Shown: positions 1 through 8,954 of the stretch, one piece after another
Position numbering within the stretch: the first letter of the stretch is position 1
Layout of the letters: every line of letters starts with the position of its first letter
Source: a virus
Lineage: Duplodnaviria > Caudoviricetes
Direction: 5' to 3' (one strand)
DNA length: 64,000 nucleotides
IMG/VR virus record: IMGVR_UViG_3300036770_005357
The notes under the pieces: generated by a model
Told to the model about the DNA's origin: nothing
What the model saw: the letters and a program-made list of their open reading frames with translations, nothing else
Databases searched by the model: none
Program-made: the position numbers and the translations under genes

Positions 1-1384
1 GAATTTGACGAGTTGCATTACTTTCTACATAAGCTTTTGCAATACTACCTAAATAATTTGGAAGAGAATATACGCGGAGTAAATAATCTTCCTCGGTCAA
101 CATTCGATTTTGTGCAGAAAAATTTAATATTGAATTTTGTCTTATTTGTTCATTTGTATCTGCGTCTCCACCACCCGTTGATGAATTTGGATTGGAAACT
201 CTTAATGAATTTTTTAAATTATTTAATAATATAATTTCACTATCTGTTAACGATGTAGAATCATTTAAATAACTAGTAAAAGCGATTTTAGTAATTTCTT
301 CGGAATTGACATTTGATTGAACACCACCGCCCACTACATAGGTTATCGTTAATGTTGTATTGGATGGACTTACACCGTATGAGTTGCTTTTTAAAACATT
401 AGTTCCATCTAAACTTATATTTAAATTATTTAAATTGGATAGAGCTACACCAACATTTGATGGATTCGGTATTACAATTGTATTTTGAAAATTTTCTGTA
501 TTCGCTCCAAATTGTAAATAAGTAAAATTATTCTGGTCAATTGTTGTAATAAATCTATTTTCCGTACGCAAATATTTTAAAATTTTAGGAGTATCACCTC
601 TGTACTTAGAAAGCGTTTGATTTGTTAATGGAACATTATCAATAACTATTGGTATTGTATCTTGTGCTAAATACTGTGCTTCGTAGTAATTATTATTATT
701 TGAGTCAACTACACTTATTATTTTAACAATATTAGTTTCATCCAATTTTAATTTCAAGAACGATTGTGGATCGCCAACTGAAATTTGTTTTACTACAACT
801 CGTCCGGAGTAAGCCTTTACTGTTTTTTTCAACAAGTAAAAAAGTGGAGCTCCGGTATTGTCTCTACTATAAACACTTATTTCACGTGGGGAAAACGATG
901 TGTCTTGGCTAAAATCAACACCGTCTTCAATCAGAAAGTATATACCACTTACACTGGATAATTGAGTATATGGTGCCAATATCAAACAGTATCTGTCATC
1001 TGGAACATATTCACCGTCTACAGATGAAGTTCTAGTAGATGGTATCAATTGATATAAATCTACATCTACGCTTGAAACGGAAGATACTTTGGGTTTATAA
1101 CCCAAAGTTTGTGCTAAATTTATTAAATTCTTTCTTTCACTCGCAAATTGTATGAAACTTTCTTTGAACTGATAATCGGTATAATAAGAAAGTACATCGC
1201 CTACGAATGAAGCTTGTTCAATGAATATCTGTCCAGGAGAACTTTCACTGAAATCTTTATAACTTTGTGGATAGTATTGTTTTGTGAAATCAATTAGTTG
1301 TTGCTTTAACGATGTAAAATCACGATTTAAATACAAAACATCTTTTGTATTTGCTTTAAAAGTTTTATTAACTAATTGATTCAT
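1..1384 (-). CDS. Baseplate wedge subunit (T4 gp6-like), 3' end outside window
   Basis: Not in the ORF track. Hand translation from ATG at 1384: MNQLVNKTFKANTKDVLYLNRDFTSLKQQLIDFTKQYYPQSYKDFSESSPGQIFIEQASFVGDVLSYYTDYQFKESF. The YLNRDF...DFS..S.G motif is typical of gp6-like wedge N-termini. Start overlaps the upstream stop (TAATG). Confidence 0.85.
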   Translation of the reverse strand, partial: MNQLVNKTFKANTKDVLYLNRDFTSLKQQLIDFTKQYYPQSYKDFSESSPGQIFIEQASFVGDVLSYYTDYQFKESFIQFASERKNLINLAQTLGYKPKVSSVSSVDVDLYQLIPSTRTSSVDGEYVPDDRYCLILAPYTQLSSVSGIYFLIEDGVDFSQDTSFSPREISVYSRDNTGAPLFYLLKKTVKAYSGRVVVKQISVGDPQSFLKLKLDETNIVKIISVVDSNNNNYYEAQYLAQDTIPIVIDNVPLTNQTLSKYRGDTPKILKYLRTENRFITTIDQNNFTYLQFGANTENFQNTIVIPNPSNVGVALSNLNNLNISLDGTNVLKSNSYGVSPSNTTLTITYVVGGGVQSNVNSEEITKIAFTSYLNDSTSLTDSEIILLNNLKNSLRVSNPNSSTGGGDADTNEQIRQNSILNFSAQNRMLTEEDYLLRVYSLPNYLGSIAKAYVESNATRQI

Positions 1385-1785
1385 TATAAGTTATTATTTG
1401 TGATTGTTACTTCAGTTTTACTTAATAGATCTCTATAAGTGAACTCTACACTTATAAATATTTTGGTTTGATCATTATTATTGATTTGATTATCTGTTAA
1501 TTTTACCTTTACATCCGTAACAATTACACCGTTCATGAATTTATCTAAATCGTTTTGAATTAAATTTATCAAAATATCTTTAGATTCGTCTAATTCATTC
1601 TGTTCAAATAAAAATTTATATAAAGATGACCCGAAACTATTATTAAACCTTCTTTCACCCGGCTTAGTCAACAATAAGTTACGAATATTACTTGATACTT
1701 GTGAAATTGTATCTGTATTCGTTTCAAAATAACCATCATTACCTAATCTGAATGGTATTTTAAGACCTATTGCTTTCTTAGCCAT
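1384..1785 (-). CDS. Baseplate wedge protein, gp25/GPW-like
   Basis: Motif NIRNLLLTKPGERRFNNSFGSSL, 133 aa, between spike and wedge genes. Confidence 0.9.
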   Translation of the reverse strand: MAKKAIGLKIPFRLGNDGYFETNTDTISQVSSNIRNLLLTKPGERRFNNSFGSSLYKFLFEQNELDESKDILINLIQNDLDKFMNGVIVTDVKVKLTDNQINNNDQTKIFISVEFTYRDLLSKTEVTITNNNL

Positions 1786-1787
1786 TT

Positions 1788-2246
1788 TTAACCTTTATTT
1801 CTCTTCTTATCTACAGCTTTCATTAAAGATCTATAATCTTTATTCATAGCTTGATATACGGTTTTAACTTCTTTTGGAGCGTTTTCCGGTGCCTTAATCT
1901 CATTTATTTGTTCTCGTCCAACTGTACCGCCAAATCCATCTCCTATTAGACCAACCATTTCACCTTCTCTCGGTATACCGCCTTGAGTTTCATTTAATAT
2001 TTCGTTCAAAACCGGATTGGAGGTGTATTTCACAGTTTTTTTAGGTACCGGTTGTTTAATAGGTTCGGGTTCGGCCTCTAAAAGTGAAGATAAACTCATG
2101 GATTCGTCTTTTTTAGATTCTACAACATTGGAATTGTTACCTAATAATATCTCGGTTAATTGATATTTTAATTCTTCTCTAAGAATTGAACGAATTTCTT
2201 GTTGTACAGTCTTTTTGATGTATTCTTTTAAAGCTTCAATTTTCAT
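1788..2246 (-). CDS. Hypothetical virion-associated protein with N-terminal K..LK..I..E leader
   Basis: ORF track; N-terminus MKIEALKEYIKKTVQQEIRSILREE. Confidence 0.6.
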   Translation of the reverse strand: MKIEALKEYIKKTVQQEIRSILREELKYQLTEILLGNNSNVVESKKDESMSLSSLLEAEPEPIKQPVPKKTVKYTSNPVLNEILNETQGGIPREGEMVGLIGDGFGGTVGREQINEIKAPENAPKEVKTVYQAMNKDYRSLMKAVDKKRNKG

Positions 2247-2260
2247 ATTATATATAATTA

Positions 2261-3778
2261 TTAAAAAGTAGGCGTTTTAGGTAAATTTAATAATGTTTCA
2301 GCACCTTTAGTACTATTCGGACGAGGTATTTTAACAGTTTTAATACGAGGTGTATTGGGTGGTTTTGGTATTTTAGGTTTAGGCATTGTTGATTTTATAC
2401 CGTTTAATTTGGCAGCTGCTGCTCCTAGTGTTGCACCACCAACTCCGGCACCTACAATAGTAGCAGTGTTTCCACCGGCAATTGACGCAATACCAGCACC
2501 TAAACCAGCTCCTGCTAAAGCACCGCCTGTGACTCCACCTATTGCCAATCCGGTACCGGCGACAGCACCACCTATTCCGCCTGCTAATGCACCTGTACCT
2601 CCACCGGTCAAAGATCCTATTCCAGCACCTAAAGCACCACCAGCCACTGCTCCCGTTAAACCTTTTGCGAGTGTAGAGGTTGAACCTATCACACCCGTTT
2701 TGGGATCTACATATTTTGTATTACCGGCTATAGATGATGGTTGAAATTTATCGGGAGTCCAATCATTCCCTAATCCGTCAACTTTTATAGCAGGACCAAC
2801 TTGCGGAGTTAAATTATTTATAGCACCTTGTGCTTGACCTGTAACTGATGAAACTGCACCTTGTGCTTGATTTGTTAAAGATGTAGCTTGTGTTTGAGCT
2901 TGTCCTACTGCATCTGTAGCAGATGTTGCTGTAAGACTTTTTACTTCTTGAGATGGCAATTTAATATTTGGATTATCAACAGTAGGAGCTTTATTAGTTA
3001 CTCCGGATATGGTTTGCGTAGGTGGTCCTGGCAATGCTGGATCCGGATCTGGTAAAAAACAACTCGGCACATCTTCTTTTTTCCAAATACCACTTTGAAC
3101 ATTTTTTTTCACCTCATCTATATGTTCATTTATGAAATCTTTTCCAAACTGTTCACCTTCTGTAAGAAGAGATTCCCAGTTTGATTTATTAACATTGTTT
3201 GGATAAAATGTTTGAATTTTAAAATACAAGGTGAAAAACTGATCACTTAAAGTTTCTAAAACTTTTTCTCCACTTCCATATTTTAATTTTCCGATTTGAT
3301 ATAAACAATCCAATTTATCTCGCACAGTTCTTTTAAAGATATCAGTTTCTTCTATATCTATGTAAAAATTTGAATATGTACCACCTGTAGAATCAATATA
3401 ATTATCTTGTATATATAAATTATTAAAAGTTATAACCCGTGAAACCGTTCCTATTTTTCTAATTATGTCTTTTGAATCGCCATAAACGAGTTTAAAAGAA
3501 TTATCATTTATTTTTGTTGCTATGCCTTTTGCTACAGATTCGTTTACTGAATTCTTTAAACTAGTTGAATAATCATTCCACGAAGATAAATTGGGTTTGT
3601 CAGAAAATGTAATTTTTTTAACTTTAGTAAAATATTGCCATAATCGTTGAGATGATTGGTATTTATATTTTTTATATAAAATAAAATAAGTATATACAAA
3701 CTTGTCAGAAAGAATTTCGGTCGTTTTACCTGTGTCAGGCTGTAAATTTCCAAATATGTCTACTAATTGTAATGCCAT
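2261..3778 (-). CDS. Hypothetical baseplate-region protein with glycine-zipper segment and Pro/Lys-rich tail
   Basis: GxxxG repeats (GAVAGGALGAGIG...GGALAGAGLGAGI) in the C-terminal third. Confidence 0.6.
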   Translation of the reverse strand: MALQLVDIFGNLQPDTGKTTEILSDKFVYTYFILYKKYKYQSSQRLWQYFTKVKKITFSDKPNLSSWNDYSTSLKNSVNESVAKGIATKINDNSFKLVYGDSKDIIRKIGTVSRVITFNNLYIQDNYIDSTGGTYSNFYIDIEETDIFKRTVRDKLDCLYQIGKLKYGSGEKVLETLSDQFFTLYFKIQTFYPNNVNKSNWESLLTEGEQFGKDFINEHIDEVKKNVQSGIWKKEDVPSCFLPDPDPALPGPPTQTISGVTNKAPTVDNPNIKLPSQEVKSLTATSATDAVGQAQTQATSLTNQAQGAVSSVTGQAQGAINNLTPQVGPAIKVDGLGNDWTPDKFQPSSIAGNTKYVDPKTGVIGSTSTLAKGLTGAVAGGALGAGIGSLTGGGTGALAGGIGGAVAGTGLAIGGVTGGALAGAGLGAGIASIAGGNTATIVGAGVGGATLGAAAAKLNGIKSTMPKPKIPKPPNTPRIKTVKIPRPNSTKGAETLLNLPKTPTF

Positions 3779-3781
3779 ATA

Positions 3782-5455
3782 TTAATCCTCAAATTCAAAT
3801 TCAATTTGTACAGGCCCTTCACGACGATTTCTACCCTTGAAATCGCCGACAACACCTGCGCCGGTAACCGTATTGATTTCAACTGGATCTTTACAATCAC
3901 CTTCACTTCCAATAGGTTTAATACCGTTACTACCTGGCGCGTAACCACCGCCCGTTAAATAAACTCGTCTGCTAAGTGTTTTATGAAGATTGTCTCTTAA
4001 CAATTTTAATGTGATTTGTTGTACAGGTATTTGTGTTTGATCTGGTACGGCATCTATTGTATTAGCTGGTCCTTCGCCACCTGCGTCTGGATGGCTATGT
4101 GGATATGGATGTACATGGTGATACCAATGTACATGATCTAATAACCAATTACATAAATCGTATAACCAATCAACCGTGGTTTGACCTAATAAAGCTGGTT
4201 CGTTAGTTTCACCATACTGACCTAAAAATATTTGTGGCGAATTTAAACAAGTTAGATTGTTAGTGGTTAATACGATTTGATCATTCGCGTCCACAGTATA
4301 TTCACTATCAGTCGTAACAGCATATCTTTTTTTACTGAAATGCATGGTTTCAGCGAGTCTGCTTTGCATTATTATTCTGTCTGTATTAACTACAATCTGG
4401 TCTCCGTTAAGCGTTGGAAAAGTAAAAATAGTAGAACCTTTCGGATTGAATTTTGTTTGTTCCTCCGTCGGTTCGCTTGTTTTATTAATACCGAATATAG
4501 ATTTATAAACCGAAGTAACCCATTTACTGGTTGTATTTCCACTTGTTATTGCTATAGTTGATCCGTCATTATTAATATCTTCTTCTATTTGTCCACCATA
4601 ATTTTTTTCTTTATCCGTTATTTTGGGTATTTTAGGTAACTTTCTGTGTATTCCAGGCGTTACATTATCCTTTGCTATATTTCTTTGACGATTACGAATT
4701 ATAATCATCGGATTACCATAACCACCGCCTTTTGAATCGGTCAAATTAGCATTCAGTGCATACGATAAATACCAATTATTTTTGTCGTTACCTCTGTTAT
4801 CATCGTAAGCACCCATTTTTATAGATTGACCAAATCTACTTTCAATTATAGTATCACCTTCGTATCTTACGATATTGCGTATATTATTATTTAATATAAA
4901 ATAATCTCCGGCGAAACCTACATTATTATATTTTGAATATATGGGAGCAGATGTATAAGTTTGTCTTGTACTATCGTAATAAAACGGTACCGCCGATTTA
5001 CCATCTTCACTATGTACAGTTTCTACACTATAATCAATGTTGTTTGGAAAATTAAATCTATTAAATGGTTTTGAATAATAGTAAGTATCTCCTATTTTTT
5101 GCACCACCACCAATTCATTAACTAATGGATATTGTGATATAGTTTGATCCAATGGTATTGCCCATGGCAATTTTTCTTTTGGAGTCTTTTTTTCTTGAGA
5201 TAAAATACGAACTTTTGCTCTTCCAACATAAGAATAATCTACATCCTTAACATTTGCAGGAACTCCATTATAATTCAATGGTAAATGTTGTGGGTTTACA
5301 AGGGGTTTTGATTGATCTTGTAATTTGATATGATTTTCGGTTGATATAACATCAACCACTACTGCTAAATTTAAAGGTATTAAATGAGTTTGACCAAGAT
5401 TACTATCCTTTAAATTAGCATTTTTAACTGTTTTTGATATATCGGTTGAAACCAT
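3782..5455 (-). CDS. Baseplate central spike/hub, T4 gp5-like (OB-fold N-terminus, beta-helix, His-rich apex)
   Basis: GRAKVRI...LPWAIPL...PLVNELVVV OB-fold pattern; YEGDTIIESRFGQSIKMG; HVHWYHHVHPYPHSH; next to the gp25-like gene. Confidence 0.75.
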   Translation of the reverse strand: MVSTDISKTVKNANLKDSNLGQTHLIPLNLAVVVDVISTENHIKLQDQSKPLVNPQHLPLNYNGVPANVKDVDYSYVGRAKVRILSQEKKTPKEKLPWAIPLDQTISQYPLVNELVVVQKIGDTYYYSKPFNRFNFPNNIDYSVETVHSEDGKSAVPFYYDSTRQTYTSAPIYSKYNNVGFAGDYFILNNNIRNIVRYEGDTIIESRFGQSIKMGAYDDNRGNDKNNWYLSYALNANLTDSKGGGYGNPMIIIRNRQRNIAKDNVTPGIHRKLPKIPKITDKEKNYGGQIEEDINNDGSTIAITSGNTTSKWVTSVYKSIFGINKTSEPTEEQTKFNPKGSTIFTFPTLNGDQIVVNTDRIIMQSRLAETMHFSKKRYAVTTDSEYTVDANDQIVLTTNNLTCLNSPQIFLGQYGETNEPALLGQTTVDWLYDLCNWLLDHVHWYHHVHPYPHSHPDAGGEGPANTIDAVPDQTQIPVQQITLKLLRDNLHKTLSRRVYLTGGGYAPGSNGIKPIGSEGDCKDPVEINTVTGAGVVGDFKGRNRREGPVQIEFEFED

Positions 5456-5458
5456 AGA

Positions 5459-5800
5459 TTATTGACCTTTACTAATAGTTATTACTTCATCCATAAGTTG
5501 TTTTCTATCTTCCTCACTTAGAATCATACTATTGCCTTCACCGGTTTCTTGTCCTTTAGCTACTAATCTTTGTACCACAGCTGCTAATTTAATCAACTGT
5601 TCATCATTTTTAACACCCACATCGTAATAATCTTTAATAAGCGGAACAATAATAACGGCGTCATTGACTGTTTTAATTAATGTTCTTAATTCCGATATTA
5701 AAACATCAATTTGATCCTTCTTATTTTCAGAATTTTTAACTATGTCTTTACAAAGACTTGAAAAGTTTTTACCTTTATAAATTTCAAAATTTAAATCCAT
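5459..5800 (-). CDS. Conserved hypothetical phage protein
   Basis: 113-aa helical ORF in operon. Confidence 0.6.
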   Translation of the reverse strand: MDLNFEIYKGKNFSSLCKDIVKNSENKKDQIDVLISELRTLIKTVNDAVIIVPLIKDYYDVGVKNDEQLIKLAAVVQRLVAKGQETGEGNSMILSEEDRKQLMDEVITISKGQ

Positions 5801-5843
5801 ATATCAATAAATAGAAAAACCACTCAAATTGAGTGGTTTATTG

Positions 5844-6848
5844 TTAAACTATTCCGTTTTTAATATAATTTTGAACTATAACATTTTGATAACTTTTCAT
5901 CTTGTTTATAACCTTAGTTATCTGTTGAGTTTTACAGTTACTTAGTTCTCTGATGTACAAATATAATGTCTTTTTATTAAAATTTTCAATTCTATCACAA
6001 TTTCTAAATAATTCAATTACTGCATATGCTATATTTAAATCTTTAACTTTTGTAAATACTTTCGTGACATTCTTTTCCCAGTAATTAACCACTAGTTTCA
6101 TAAATTCATTGGTTTGTACTTCTTTATGATGTGCATCTTCGGTTTGTAAACAAACAGAGTCTTCACTGGGAGTATCACTAATATCTACATGTTGATTAAA
6201 TCGTTTGTAATTATTATTGTTATGAAAAATAAGATAGTTCTTAGCAACTATACTAAAATAACTGAATGCTTTACCTTTACCAGCTTGAAATTTATGTATA
6301 TTTGATACCAAATGACTTACAGTTTCCTTTTGAATTTCCAGTGGACTATTATCAAAATATGTAAATTTAAATGTATTGAAGATATTTTCTACTAATTTTT
6401 CAAAACTGTGCTTTATTTTAGACTCATAAATTTCATTGCGTTTATCCATATCTTCTTGAGCATTGTACTCAACGATTGCTTCTTCCGTTTTTTTGCTAAA
6501 ATATATTTTTTCCTTTTTATTTCTACCACGCCTTTTTTTCTTAGTTGAGTCGCCATCCAGTATATCATCAAACGAATTTTTGGAATTAGATGTTTGTTCT
6601 TCCAATGAATATTCTATATTACGAGGAACTTCTACACTATGTATAGGATTTTTTTTAACTGTAACTTCTAATATAACCTTTTTCTTTTGTTTCTTCTTAA
6701 CATCAACGGATTTAACAGTCTTTAATGATTTTTTAGGATTTACTTTCTTCTTAATTATCTTGGTTATAATTTTAACTTTCTTTTGTGGTTTCTTTTTTGT
6801 TTTTTTCATCAAAATTTGTTGTGTTATCATTTGGTTGAATTCGTTCAT
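5844..6848 (-). CDS. Putative late-transcription sigma factor (T4 gp55-like) with basic N-terminal extension
   Basis: HKFQAGKGKAFSYFSIVAKNYLI resembles sigma region 2.3-2.4 and gp55 (FDPEKSKNPFAYFTQI). Confidence 0.65.
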   Translation of the reverse strand: MNEFNQMITQQILMKKTKKKPQKKVKIITKIIKKKVNPKKSLKTVKSVDVKKKQKKKVILEVTVKKNPIHSVEVPRNIEYSLEEQTSNSKNSFDDILDGDSTKKKRRGRNKKEKIYFSKKTEEAIVEYNAQEDMDKRNEIYESKIKHSFEKLVENIFNTFKFTYFDNSPLEIQKETVSHLVSNIHKFQAGKGKAFSYFSIVAKNYLIFHNNNNYKRFNQHVDISDTPSEDSVCLQTEDAHHKEVQTNEFMKLVVNYWEKNVTKVFTKVKDLNIAYAVIELFRNCDRIENFNKKTLYLYIRELSNCKTQQITKVINKMKSYQNVIVQNYIKNGIV

Positions 6849-7104
6849 TTGTAATTTTTATGATGTTTAATAAATCAGAAAATAAAACACCAACATCATC
6901 ATCTTTTTCAAATATACGCTTTTCATCTATTAATTTCAACTTATTATAAGTTTGATTAATTAATTTTTGAAATTCGACTATCCAATCTTCTAATAAATCG
7001 GTTTGTTGAAATGATTTCTTAAGAGAAATCAGTAAAAATAGATTTACAATTAAAGAAACAAATAGTAAAATTAAAACAATTGAAATCATTTTATTATATA
7101 TCAT
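6772..7104 (-). CDS. Small membrane-anchored coiled-coil protein
   Basis: N-terminal TM ISIVLILLFVSLIVNLFLLI. Confidence 0.55.
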   Translation of the reverse strand: MIYNKMISIVLILLFVSLIVNLFLLISLKKSFQQTDLLEDWIVEFQKLINQTYNKLKLIDEKRIFEKDDDVGVLFSDLLNIIKITNERIQPNDNTTNFDEKNKKETTKES

Positions 7105-7234
7105 CTACATTTTCTTCATCATCATCTAAATATTCAGAGATGTAATCTATTGCTTCTTGAATCATGTCCCAATCGGAGTTATTGTATCCTTTTTTGAGAA
7201 TTTTATACAAATTATTTATTTCTTGACTATCCAT
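7094..7234 (-). CDS. Small acidic hypothetical protein (46 aa)
   Basis: Hand translation MDSQEINNLYKILKKGYNNSDWDMIQEAIDYISEYLDDDEENVDDI; fills the gap between genes. Confidence 0.55.
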   Translation of the reverse strand: MDSQEINNLYKILKKGYNNSDWDMIQEAIDYISEYLDDDEENVDDI

Positions 7235-7280
7235 ATTATATCTAAATATATTAGTTTTAAAAATAAATAACTTTTTTTAT

Positions 7281-8273
7281 TTAAAAACTAAACATTCCTC
7301 TTACACTGGGAACTCTTTTACGAGGTGCTTCTACGATCTTTTCAACTATTTTTTCAACGGGTTTTTCAACTTCTATTATCTTTTCTTTTTCAACAATCTT
7401 CTCTACAGGTTTTTCTACTACAACTTCTTTAATCACTTCTTTTGGTTGTTCTTTTTTATTTTCTTCGTACAGTTCATAATCTTTATCACTTTGTAAATCT
7501 ACTCTTTTTAATGATGTATTATATGCTAAAAGTAATACAATTGCTAATGGATCGAATACTCCTATAAGTACAATAATAAACCATTTTACTACTGTTTGTA
7601 TAGTAGTATTAAACTCTTGTGCTACAAATTTAAATGTGGTTATATCCTTTTTAGAACTATTGTCCGTTTTTAATTTAAATATTTCTTCATCTATTTTACC
7701 AACTTTTTCGCTGGAAACTTTTAATTTATCATTCTCAGTTTCCATTTGTTTATTTAAACCTTCAATTTGTTCATTTATTTGATTTTGAAGATTTTGTAAT
7801 TGTATTGGATTTCTAGCTATTAAAGCATTCGTCATGCTTTCAGATAATCTACCTTCTTGACTACCTCTTAACTTGAATAAATTATCTATAGCTTGTTTTG
7901 TAGCTTCAATTTTCTTATTTTCTTGATTCTTTTGTTCTTCTAAAGTGGTAATTTTTGTAGTAGCTAATTCAGCTTCTAGTGAAGATTTTTGAAATGCTGC
8001 TGTCAAAAATCCAAATATACCGAGGGATGTTATACAAATTAATACCAATACAGCTATAGTCATATAGGTTTTAAGTAGAATGTTAGCTTTATGCCAATTT
8101 CTAAACAACCAGCTGGTTGATACTAATTTTCCAAGTTCTAAAGATCCTGCCATGATCATAGCAGCAATAGTAGCGCCTGAAAACAATAGTCCGATACCAT
8201 AAACACTGAAATAAGCTGCACATCCTGCTATTAACATGGAAGTTACTATTACGAGATGTTCTAATTTAATCAT
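7281..8273 (-). CDS. Multi-TM coiled-coil membrane protein
   Basis: Three N-terminal TMs, long coiled coil, C-terminal TM, VEK repeats; start reassigned to MIKLEH, 3 nt after TATTTATA. Confidence 0.7.
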   Translation of the reverse strand: MIKLEHLVIVTSMLIAGCAAYFSVYGIGLLFSGATIAAMIMAGSLELGKLVSTSWLFRNWHKANILLKTYMTIAVLVLICITSLGIFGFLTAAFQKSSLEAELATTKITTLEEQKNQENKKIEATKQAIDNLFKLRGSQEGRLSESMTNALIARNPIQLQNLQNQINEQIEGLNKQMETENDKLKVSSEKVGKIDEEIFKLKTDNSSKKDITTFKFVAQEFNTTIQTVVKWFIIVLIGVFDPLAIVLLLAYNTSLKRVDLQSDKDYELYEENKKEQPKEVIKEVVVEKPVEKIVEKEKIIEVEKPVEKIVEKIVEAPRKRVPSVRGMFSF

Positions 8274-8347
8274 ATCTATAAATATATAAATATTAAAAAA
8301 CCCGTCACGAATATGACGGGTTAACATAACACTTTATTCCTACAAAA

Positions 8348-8824
8348 TTACTTAATAGTAACTTTCTTTGATGGTGGCACTGTTGGTTTTACCTTTTTAA
8401 GAGTAACTGTTAACAGACCATTCTCAAATTTAGCACTTGGTTCATTTTTATCAATAACTTCACCAAGTATAAAGCTTCTCTTAAAGCTACTGTGTTTAAG
8501 TTCTCTACGAATGTATTTACCATCGTTGTTCTTATCATCAAGTTTCTTTACCTTTTGTCCGCTAATAGTAAGTACATCATCTTGTACTTCTACATCTACC
8601 TCATCCTTGGACAAACCGGGAATTTCTGCTTGAATTTCAACACGGTCGTTATAGTCAACAACATCTACACGGGGATAACTTTGCTTTTCAAAAAAGCCTA
8701 CACCAAATTCTTTGGTTAGTTCTGGAAAAGCTGTGTTAAAGACTTCATCAAAAACACGATCAAACGGAGTTAAGAATTGTTCGCGTGCTGCGAATGCATT
8801 TGGATTATATCTAACAATACTCAT
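8348..8824 (-). CDS. hsp20: Small heat-shock protein (Hsp20/alpha-crystallin)
   Basis: YPRVDV...AEIPGLSKDEVDVEVQDDVLTISG...FKRSF...AKFENGLLTVTLKK. Confidence 0.95.
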   Translation of the reverse strand: MSIVRYNPNAFAAREQFLTPFDRVFDEVFNTAFPELTKEFGVGFFEKQSYPRVDVVDYNDRVEIQAEIPGLSKDEVDVEVQDDVLTISGQKVKKLDDKNNDGKYIRRELKHSSFKRSFILGEVIDKNEPSAKFENGLLTVTLKKVKPTVPPSKKVTIK

Positions 8825-8954
8825 ATATTTACCTTTCTTTTAATAGTTAAGTTATTAACCTATTAACCTTGTAGCCCCACTCGGGCACTACAGTAGATGA
8901 CATAACTTACATCATCTGAAAATATATATTACTCAAAAAACAAAAAATGTCAAA

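Noticed and set aside
2355-2744. Plus-strand Pro/Ala-rich ORF
   Set aside because: Antisense shadow of the glycine-zipper codons; the same applies to most short opposite-strand ORFs, e.g. 6463, 12128, 35214, 43865, 20650, 20710, 30478
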